A DNA stretch of 64,000 nt from Tubulanus polymorphus (taxonomy: Eukaryota; Animalia; Nemertea), in NCBI RefSeq assembly GCF_964204645.1, contig NC_134034.1, positions 11,172,962 to 11,236,961 of the forward strand, given 5' to 3'. The translations under genes were made by a program, and so were the position numbers. Under the pieces are notes generated by a model, which saw nothing but the letters and a program-made list of their open reading frames with translations, searched no databases and was not told the DNA's origin. Shown here piece after piece: positions 11,052-22,300 of this stretch (positions are counted from its first letter, which is position 1; each line of letters begins with the position of its first letter).

Positions 11052-12345
11052 CACAGGGACTTGTCACGACTGATAATGGATGAGACCAATGATGGGGGTA
11101 CCAGTATCCCTGCAACTGTATAATAAAATAACAAGGGTGGCAACAAATTTTCAATCTGACAATGACTTATCCACTTCAATCGACTGTAATTCCAAAAATT
11201 CTCAACCGATTCACATGAAATAAGCTTTAATACAACCTAGAAGACTTTCTGCTTCGAACGAGCCTACAACCACCACTCTCCGACAATTATCTCACAACGA
11301 AATCACCTTTTTTTGACGAGAGATAGCTCAAAATGGAGGTGTACCGATTCTATGGTGGACAGCAAAATGGTCGTTTTTTTCAATTCAAACGATGATTTCT
11401 ATGTGAGATCTTAGAGAAAACCCCAACAAACCATACATTTTTTAAAACTACGCGGTCATACCTGTACGCTTATCTCATTTATTTGTATAATCCACGCGAT
11501 GGGTGAGCTCACAAGCTCAAAATCGAAAATGAGGACGAACACGGCGTTCAACTTGTCATCAACTGGGCGGCCATTAATCACGTGATATCGTAGTAACGGG
11601 CTAAATATTTCACGCGCATTGATTGGCTTAGAGATTTCGAAAAACATTACAAAATTTATCAAAAGTTCTGTTAATTAATAAAATATCCGTATTATGAAAA
11701 TATAGTGCAACATTCGTCTGAGGGGTGGTATTATTAGCAAACATTTCCTTTTTTCAAGTCTACAGACGTAGACTTGTCGCGGTTTTATTAACATAGCCCG
11801 AACCTGCACGTCACGTGATTAATGGCCGCCAGCGCGATAGTGCGAGGTGACTTTTTCGTATATTTGTTCGATTTTGAGCTTGCGAGCTCACCCATCGCGT
11901 GGATTATACAAATAAATGAGATAAGCGTACAGGTATGACCGCGTAGTTTTAAAAAATGTATGGTTTGTTGGGGTTATCTCTAAGATTTCACATAGAAATC
12001 ATCGTTTGAAGTGAAAAATACGACCATTTTGCTGTCCACCATAGAATCGGTACACCTCCAATTTGAGCTATCTCTCGTCAAAAAACGGTGATTTCGTTGT
12101 GAGATAATTGTCCTAGAGTGGTGGTTAAAGGCTCGTTGGAAGCAGAAAGTCTTCTAGGTTGTATTAAAGCTTATTTCATGTGAATCGGTTGAGAATTTTT
12201 GGAATTACAGTCGATTGAAGTGGAGAAGTCATTGTCAGATTGAAAATTTGTTGCCACCCTTGTTTTTTATATTATACAGGGATAGTGGACCTGGTCATTG
12301 ATATTGGTTTTATTCATTCACTATCAATTGTGACAAGTCCCTGTG
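11052..12345. mobile_element. Non-autonomous foldback DNA transposon with long inverted arms and an 8-bp TSD
   Basis: Ends CACAGGGACTTGTCAC / GTGACAAGTCCCTGTG are flanked by GCATGTGG on both sides. The arms at ~11130-11525 and ~11872-12263 are near-identical in inverted orientation. Confidence 0.9.
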
Positions 12346-12702
12346 GCATGTGGGGTTAGCAAGACCACTAGTCCAAGACCCGATCTTAGTTCTATAGCCA
12401 AAACTACTTGAAGACACTTTTGGACGTTACAACTGTGTGAAACTGGGCCAAATTTACTCACTCCATCCGTTCTGAAACAACAACTTCCACAAGACAATAA
12501 ACAGAAACACCAACAAATTAATTGTTAAACTTGTAAATAATTCTTTTGTAATCATCAATACATAAACATTCATCAATACATAAAAGTTCAAACCATCAAA
12601 CGGATTCCAGAACAGCAGATTCTGCGAATCAACCACAAAAAAGATCGCACCCTCCACCATATTTAAGTACATCAACTTCTAAACAGCTCAAGACCCAGTT
12701 AA

Positions 12703-12964
12703 CCCTTTCAGTGCGTCTACACTGCAGTGCGGTGTACGAATCAGTGATTGATTTTGCTAGTACACCGCACTGCGGTGTATTGATTTAATTAGTAATTACT
12801 AATCATCTCTATTGAAAGATGGCAAACCACTAACGATACACCGCGCCGCGGTGTAGACGCACTATAGTGGTATTCCCGTTATTCAACACACTAGGGTGGA
12901 ATTTTTAGAAATATTCAAATTATCTCCAGCACTATAGGGTATTAATAAGTCAGCACTGAAAGGG
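12703..12964. mobile_element. piggyBac-type MITE
   Basis: TTAA-CCCTTTCAGTGC...GCACTGAAAGGG-TTAA. Partial copies at ~26123-26195 and ~39970-40060. Confidence 0.88.
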
Positions 12965-13342
12965 TTAAAACTACAAAGACCCATAGATTAGGACCTGTTA
13001 ACTGACCCCAGGCGGCAGGGCACTCCCTCAGCAGCATTAGTTTAATAAGATCATCATAGATTTCTGCAAACATCTGGTAAACCCGAGTTTACTGTCACTC
13101 GGGGAAGAATTCTACCAACTTACTAGCAATTTCAACTGTCTCAATTTGACTGCAGTAACAGACAGGACGTACAGTATTTCACTCAGTATTCGACACCGTT
13201 TCGCAGTAAGACACAAGTCTACTATTTTACAAACTCTGTATTTGACATCAACTCATCTAGAGTTAAACAAGTCTCATCTGCCAAACCTCGTTAACAATCA
13301 GATCCGACACTCTTCCACACTGATCCTTCTGCCGTCTGTCAA

Positions 13343-16300
13343 TCAATGCGCGTTCGCTTCTACTTGCATGATGTGATAGACGTTATTTTTGAAAACTGAT
13401 TTGAATTCCGGCGACGGTTTGTTGTTTAAATCTTTGCAGACGGCGCGATTCCCGCGATTTTCCTCGTCCTCGATGTCCCAGATTTCGGGCATTGCGCAAC
13501 CGGCCCTGCAAACGCGAACAAACACAAACAACATTAACTCGGTTAAGAATTCAGTAAAACTCACAACTCGAAGTAAAACTAAGTCAGGTTTTGACGTTTC
13601 AGCAGACGTATTTTAAAAAAACTTTTTTTTGAAAATGGCTCCTAGCATATTCTCACGGGTGATTCCCAGATATAAGCAGTTTCCAAGTTGTAGAGTGTAA
13701 AAGATGAAGACAATCGAGGCCGGAGCTGATCAACTGTTGAAGTATAAGATCTCGAGGACCCCCAGATTTCGAACAACACTCACCCCGATGATCTGTAACA
13801 CCAACTGTTCTCTAAGATGACGTAATCGACTTGTAAATCTCGATAATTCTGCCAAACTTCCCTCCGCGGTTTACGACTGTACATCGAATAAACCTTTTTC
13901 GTCCTCGCTCTGAAAAAATGGCCCGTTTTGCGAAGAATTTAAGATGAAAACGTTTATGATAATAATGATAATAATCATGGTATCAGCTGGTTCTAAAGTC
14001 TAAGCGAATGCCGTTTGTAAATGGAGTTAATACCTGAGTCCAACGTCTTCATAATGCGGGTGATTTACTATAGGACGTCCCGTGCATAGTTTGATCGTCG
14101 CCATCGTCGGCATCGGGCCGCCAAATACAGCATCTAAAATACATCAAATACATTGTGTACACACATACTGCTGAAAAACTTTGTCTAAAAAGAACTGCAG
14201 AAAGTAACTCTGTCACTATCTGGATTCAAACTGTCAATTATGGGGATGGAGAGCTCGGAGAACTATAGAAAGTAACTCAACTATAGAAAGTATCAACGTC
14301 AGGATTCAAACTACCTATTGTCTGGGTTGGAGAGCTCAGAGAAGAACTACAGAAAGAAACTCTGTCACCGTCAGGATTCAAACTATCAATTGTCAGGGGT
14401 GTAGAGCTCTGAGAAGAACCACAGAAAGAACCTCTGACACTTTCAGGATTCAAACTACCAATTGTTGGAGTTGGAGAGCTCAGAGAAGAACTACAGAAAG
14501 AAACTCTGTCACCGTCAGGATTCAAACTATCAATTGTCGGGGGTGTAGAGCTCTGAGAAGAACCACAGAAAGAACCTCTGACACTTTCAGGATTCAAACT
14601 ATCAATCATGGGGGGTCGAGAGCTCAGCAATTCTGAAGAATCGTCACAAACAATCTCACAATCGATGATGTCAGAAGTTTCTTTCTGAAAGATTTTCAGA
14701 TAGTAAGACATCTATGAAGCGCACACGTACTTTTATGAGTTGATGAATTGACCCATTCGATCATCTCTTCCATCGCGGCGTTGCTGAATTCACCTTGTAT
14801 GCTCCATTCATGTTTCAGATTACTGTAGCCGATTACACTCATCCCCGCTAACAGTAATCCTAACACGCCCAGATGGTGAACGCGTTCCTTATAAGGGAAA
14901 AACTGTAAAACAAACATTATAAATTTATTATGATAATGCAGGATAGGTCACGATTGAATGTATTTCAGTTTAGGAATATTAATTCCAAATGACAAACTCT
15001 CTACCGGCCGCTTCTATCAGGTTTACAGATTACAAACTCTCTACCGGCCGCTTCTATCAGGTTTACAGATTACAAACTCTCTACCGGCCGCTTCTATCAG
15101 GTTTATAGATTACAAACTCTCTACCGGCCGCTTCTATCAGGTTTACAGATTACAAACTCTCTACCGGCCGCTTCTATCAGGTTTACAGATTACAAACTCT
15201 CTACCGGCCGCTTCTATCAGGTTTACAGATTACAAACTCTCTACCGGCCGCTTCTATCAGGTTTACAGATTACAAACTCTCTACCGGCCGCTTCTATCAG
15301 GTTTACAGATTACAAACTCTCTACCGGCCGCTTCTATCAGGTTTATAGATTACAAACTCTCTACCGGCCGCTTCTATCAGGTTTATAGATTACAAACTCT
15401 CTACCGGCCGCTTCTATCAGGTTTACAGATTACAAACTCTCTACCGGCCGCTTCTATCAGGTTTACAGATTACAAACTCTCTACCGGCCGCTTCTATCAG
15501 GTTTACAGATTACAAACTCTCTACCGGCCGCTTCTATCAGGTTAACAGATTACAAACTCTCTACCGGCCGCTTCTATCAGGTTTACAGATTACAATCTCT
15601 CTACCGGCCGCTTCTATCAGGTTTACAGATTACAAACTCTCTACCGGCCGCTTCTATCAGGTTTACAGATTACAAACTCTCTACCAGCCGCTTCTATCGG
15701 GTTTACAGATTACAAACTCTCTACCGGCCGCTTCTATCAGGTTTACAGATTACAAACTCTCTACCGGACGCTTCTATCAGGTTTACAGATTACAAACTCT
15801 CTACCGGCCGCTTCTATCAGGTTTACTGATTACAAACTCTCTACCGGCCGCTTCTATCGGCTTTACAGAATACAAACTCTCTACCGGCCGCTTCTATCAG
15901 GTCACAGATTACAAACTCTCTACCAGCCGCTTCTATCAGGTTTACAGATTATACTATTCAGGAATAGGTAGAGCGTATTCTGGTCTATATGCGCCAGAAT
16001 TCCAGAATTGGTAGAAACCAATCGAAACCTGCCAAACTCTACCGGCGGCTTCTATCGGGTTTACAGTTTATACTATTCCGGAATAGGTAGACGCCTATTC
16101 TAGTTGAAACGACCGAATAATTCTAAGAAATGGAATGAAAATTTATCCCGTACCTTGTCCGACGCGAGCAACGACGCTAATAAACATAAATGTGGCGTCC
16201 AAAACAGTTTCAAACGCATGATTAACACAGCCATGATTGAGTAGGCAGCTAACTGGATTATATGGTATAGAACTTCACTGTGCTGTTTAGATCGATACTC

Positions 16301-19300
16301 ACTGAAAGTATATGCGATTAGGAAAATCAATTTCACGCCACTTTTAACCCATAATACCGAATTAGACTCAAGTTTCTGGTCCTGGTTTTACAGTCGAGTT
16401 GAATCTAGCATTAAATATTGGAAATTAAACTCAAATGACAACTGCAGAACAGGGGACTGGGTCTTGAACCGTGGAACTGCGTTCAGAACAGTAGAACTAG
16501 GTTCAGAACTGTGGAACTGGTTTCAAAACGTGAAACTAGCTCCAGAACTGTGGAACTGAGTCTATAAATGCGGAACTGGGTTCAAAACAGTAGAACTAGG
16601 TTCAGAACTGTGGAACTGGTTTCAAAACTTGAAACTAGCTCCAGAACTGTGGAACTGAGTCTATAAATGCGGAACTGGGTTCAGAACAGTAGAACTAGGT
16701 TCAGAACTGTGGAACTGGTTTCAAAACTTGAAACTAGCTCCAGAACTGTGGAACTGAGTCTATAAATGCGGAACTGGGTTCAGAACTGTTGAACTAGCTC
16801 CTGAACAATAGAACTAGGTTCAGAACTGCGGAACTGAATCCAGAATTGTGGACCTAAATTCCGAACTGTGGAACTGGCTCCTGATCTGCGGAACTGGATC
16901 CTGAACTGTGGAAACAGCTCCTGGACTGTGGAACTGAGTCAACAAACAACTTCACACAAATTTACCTTTCGATGTTATTATTCGTTGTTTTATGACTATC
17001 AGTAGCTTGTTCAGCTGCAGATTTTCGATATTCATTCATCAACATCTAAAGCCAAAAAAATTCAAAAACCATTTTCAGAGACACTTCTCATCGAGGTCAA
17101 ACCGATTCAAAGCAGAATAAATAAGAGAACAAACTTCGGGGTCCAGTTTTATAAACTGGCATTGATATTAAGCAGGAAGGTTAGTCAGCCCCCCAGAGTT
17201 AAAGTCAATACCAGTCCATAAAACCGGCTCAATGGATATTCAGGGCCGACGTATACCCGTATCGGTACTTACAGTGAATAAAGCGGCTAACACCCCGACA
17301 ACGCAGGCCGGTAGCACCAATGTCTGACTCAGTTTGACGAACGGTTCTTTTCCTAGAAAGTCGAATTCAACGGCGCACGTGTACAACATCGTGTGGAAGT
17401 TTTTATACGTCGAGAATTTACTGCGCAAAATATCAGCGATATGAGCCTAGAATATAGATATATTGGTCGTGAAACAAAGAAATTCCGCTTTTCGATATGT
17501 CAGGGTGCCAACCTCTGAAAAGTGCCATCAGTGACACCAAATTCTTTCGAAACATTTCAATGAAATATGAAAATGTTCAAATTAATCAGTAATCAACAGT
17601 AAGACCCTCAGTAACATGTTTCATATTTCTGTTCAAATTAATCAGTTAATCAACAGTAAGACCCTCAGTAACATCTTTCATATTTCTGTTCAAATTAATT
17701 AGTAATCAACAGTAAGACCCTCAGTAACATCTTTCATATTTCTGTTCAAATTAATCAGTAATCAACAGTAAGACCCTCAGTAACATCTTTCATATTTCTG
17801 TTCAAATTAATCAGTAATCAACAGTAAGACCCTCAGTAACATCTTTCATATTTCTTTTCAAATTAATCAGTAATCAACAGTAAGATCCTCAGTAACATCT
17901 TTCATATTTCTGTTCAAATTAATCAGTAATCAACAGTAACACCCTCAGTAACATGTTTCATATTTCTGTGCAAAGTAATCATTAATCAACAGTAAGACCC
18001 TCAGTAACATCTTTCATATTTCTGTTCAAATTAATCAGTAATCAACAGTAACACCCTCAGTAACATGTTTCATATTTCTGTGCAAAGTAATCATTAATCA
18101 ACAGTAAGACCCTCAGTAACATCTTTCATATTTCTGTTCAAATTTATCAGTAATCAACAGTAACACCCTCAGTAACATGTTTCATATTTCTGTGCAAAGT
18201 AATCATTAATCAACAGTAAGACCCTCAGTAACATCTTTCATATTTCTGTTCAAATTAATCAGTAATCAACAGTAACACCCTCAGTAACATGTTTCATATT
18301 TCTGTGCAAAGTAATCATTAATCAACAGTAAGACCCTCGCTAACATCTTTCATATTTCTGTTCAAATTTATCAGTAATCAACAGTAACCCCCTCAGTAAC
18401 ATGTTTCATATTTCTGTATGTATCAAACGAATCAAATCAGTATTTCTCTACATAATAGTTGTAACAAATACTGAAAATCAGGAACAGTTTGCAGCAGCTC
18501 TGCGTTTTTATCTTCTTCAACTTACGTCATCAGCAACGCGAAGTAATTTCGATATCAAGAATTTGACTCCCACTAAACCGGTAAGTAGCAGAACACCTTG
18601 AGCAACCTAGAATAGAGTTTCAGAATACAACGCCACATACTTCCACGTGTATTTGAAAATATGGACAGTTTCGCGGTACAAGTTTTCCGTACGAACCCAA
18701 ATTAAGAGAATGTGTTTGAGTTTTTCTATGAATGGTTCCAAGTAAACAATCAACTGAAATAGACACAAATTAGGTATTAATAGTGAACGTAGTCTAGAGC
18801 AAGCAACAGGCGGATCCAGGGGCTGACTTCGACGGGAGCACAAAGAAATGTAAAGGGCGTACAGTTGAAAAGGGCGTACAATTAAAAGGGGCAAGAATCC
18901 ACGCAGAGCGAGCGTCAAGTCAAATCAAGGGTCTGGAAAATTTAGAAATCGCTGCGCATTTTCATACAATTTCCAGGCATTTGAACGATATTAACGAGTA
19001 TATAAGTAAAGTTGATCCTGCGTTGCAGACTGGTGTCTGATTAGTCGTCGGTGGAAAAAGTGACATGAAAAAAATCGCCATCGTATCTTTCAAAACGGCA
19101 CAAGAGAACTGCGCGACGATAGCACGTCATCGTAGAGCTGTTTTCAATCTCACTAATGTATTCCGGACTACATGAAATACGGCCTGGAGCCTGACGATTA
19201 TTGCGTAATTATTCAGAACTTACGTGAATAGTGACTAGAGCCGAGAAGAAAAATGAGGTGAGAAGCATCTCATTACCGAACAGCAACAAATAACTCACGA

Positions 19301-22300
19301 CTAAACCCATCTGAAATTCAGAAACCATTTATCAGACTCAGAGAAACTCTCGGAATTTATCGATTTTACGATCGAAACGAGTTTGTACTCACAGATTGAC
19401 CGATCAGGATGATCTTAATTTTACGCGATCCTATGAAACGCAAGGCGTAAACGGCGAACACGGCCAAACTCTGAGTCAACAACGCGAACTGAGCAAACTG
19501 AAAATATCGCAACAGCAGACGGATGGAGAATTAAAAAGAAAATAGATGACACCACTGAGGAAGGTCATCCTCGCTTGCCAGGGGTCTGGTATCACTCCCG
19601 AAATCTTTTCCACCAGCCCCCTGGCCTCACGAAGCGTGATTTCATTACTGGCGCTGTTGCGCATGACGTCATATATCGATTTGCGAAATACTTCCTTGTT
19701 CAGTAAAACGTTCGCTGATTGGTCCATTTAACGGGAAAACCAATAGAAGCCTAAAGTCGTTTGTTACAAGCGCTGTGATTGGTACGACCGGATTCTGGTC
19801 GGCTAGTAACGACTCCAACGACTCGTGAGGTCAAGGGGTTCGGCGAACAGCTTAAGCATAATGGGTTCGAATTCCTTGACGGGTGAAGATGAGGAGAGTA
19901 GGTATCGAATACTCACCTGCCAGGGCAACATGAATGAAACTGTCGCTATCGCTATTAGGACGCTGTGCTTGTAATTCGGACGGGAAATTCTACGAGAAAA
20001 AACAGAACAGATTTCCGTATACGAATGAAGCGTTTTACTGCACGGTGAAAATGAAGTGGATTTCAGCGAAACTTACTTTAAAACATGAGTAACTACTAAT
20101 AACTGTATGAGTAGGAATGGGTAGGCGAAACTCTCTCGCAGCGGCGGTGTCCACTGGACGCGGGTAGCCTGGAAAATTCATTCAACTTGCGTTATCAGTA
20201 ACTGATGTCATACGGGGATTTATGGTGGCAGCCATCTTGTTCGGGACAATGGTAGGTTAATTTGATGATCTCATAGGGGGACGTATGGAGACAGCCATCG
20301 TTAACTTCTGTGATAGTCTATAGAGGTTCTAAGTGATGTCATGGGGGGGATTTATGGAGGCAACCATCTTTTCTGGAAGGTTCTTTAGCTCAATTTGATG
20401 ACGTCAAAAGGGGATGTATGGAGATCTTTTCTGGAAGCATTATAGATCAAATTGATGATGTCATAGGGGGATTTATGGCACCACGCATCTTTAATGGAAG
20501 CGTCTATAGATCGAAACGCTGGTAGGTAATTTGATGACGTCATAGGGTGATTTACGGAGGTGGCCATCGGTACTCACTTCTCCGTGATTGTAGAAAAAAC
20601 AGACAACGGACAACAGACCCCCGAATAAACTTCCGCTGAAATGAGAAAAAACAGGTTGCGAATTGCGCAAAAACTGCCGACAATTGTTGAGTCTTCGTTT
20701 TTTGTTTTTGTTTTTTTTACCTTATATGCACGGCTAACAGGAATAAAACGGAGACTCCAACGCCGTTTACGAAAAATACGTTATCCACGTAAAAATACGC
20801 CGGATCACCGAAACCTGCAGTTTAAAAAAAAGTCAATTCAAATCTTTTAATTACCGCGGTAAAAACAAGCGGCGGATCCAGGGTCTAAGAATCAGGGGGG
20901 GGGGTGTCGACGTAACAAATTTGGGACTTTTTGAAAAATCATGTATCTGTTAGCAACATAATCAAGGTGAAACAAATGAGGAATTTGTAACTGTGTTCAT
21001 TTTTTCTAAATAGAAAAACTTTTTGAAAAGTACGAACCCTCGCAACTTTGAACCGGTGGTAGATTCCCTCCTCGATTCACCGTGAAACATTCTTTCGTTT
21101 TGATTCCCAGCGAACCGGTGATCGAATCATAAATACGAAAACCAATCCCGAGAACGACCTAAAAAAAGAAAAAAAATAGAATCATAAACATTTTCAGTCA
21201 GAAGTACTGAAAGAATATCGGAGCCAGTTTTACCGCAGTGGCTCTTTGAACCCAGGCTTACAAGAATGGTTCTTTGAACCCGGGCTTACAAGAATGGTTC
21301 TTTGAACCCGACTTACAAGAATGGTTCTTTGAACCCGACTTACAAGAATGGTTCTTAGAACCCGGGCTTACATGAGTGGTTCTCAGTTCTTTGAACCCAG
21401 GCTTACCTCGGGGATTCTACAAACCCGGGCTTACCTCAGGAGGTACCACAAATCCGGGCTTACCTCACAGGGGGTTCTACAAACCCAGGCTTACCTCACA
21501 GGGGGTTCTACAAACCCAGGCTTACCTCACAGGGGGTTCTATAAACCCAGGCTTACCTCAAGAGGTTTGACAAACCCGGGCTTACCTCGGATGGTTCTAC
21601 AAACCAGGGTTTACCTCGGGGGTTTTTAGTAACCCAGGCTTACCTCAGGGGTTTCTATAAACCCAGTCTTACCTCCGGGTATAAGTTGAATCGTTTTAAA
21701 GTATTTATAACAGCCGGATATTCAGTGATGTTGTCTCTCATCACTGAATGCAATCCTTCAAATAATGACTCGGCTTCGATAATAGTTTTATAATACGAGT
21801 AATATAATCCCTGAAAATAGAATAAACATCAGCGTTTCAAAATTACCAGTTTCCTTCCACCCAGTCAGAGAAAATGACGAATATTCCCCTGGTTTTTAAG
21901 ACTATATTAATAAATGACGTACCATTTCAGTTCTAAACGTGAACTCACGCTCGAGACTAGACAAATGTGAAAAATGCCGATCGCTTTCAAACATGTAGGA
22001 AATGTGTTGACTGAAAAATTACGCGCAAAAACAACAATTATTTTATAAAAAAAAAAACAATTAAAAAACAACTACGGATTGAAAAAAGTGAGAGTTTTAA
22101 TTGGTCTCTGGTCTGAAGTGAGAGTTTTAAGCCGCGATCACACGAGCGTTTCTTGGCCCGGAACAACTATTCACACGGGTGCCAAATGGGTTGGGCCAAA
22201 TTTGGTCCAGACCAAAGCCAATTTTTAGCACGGGGTTAATTATTGCAACTGGGGGTGACGCGTGAGCACGCCTTGAATTGGTATATGTTATCAAGCGATG

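Noticed and set aside
11052-12345. Transib/RAG-like element because of the CAC termini
   Set aside because: The TSD is 8 bp rather than the 5 bp typical of Transib, and there is no heptamer-nonamer structure.
14277-14711. 144-aa Ser-rich ORF as an alternative DPY19L1 exon
   Set aside because: It is made of minisatellite, and the nearby acceptor is phase 0 while the upstream exon ends in phase 1.
14992-15950. CRISPR-like appearance of the 40-bp array, and ORF 14958-15545
   Set aside because: Units are head-to-tail with no unique spacers, there are no cas genes, and the array is in a eukaryotic intron. The ORF is a repeat artefact.
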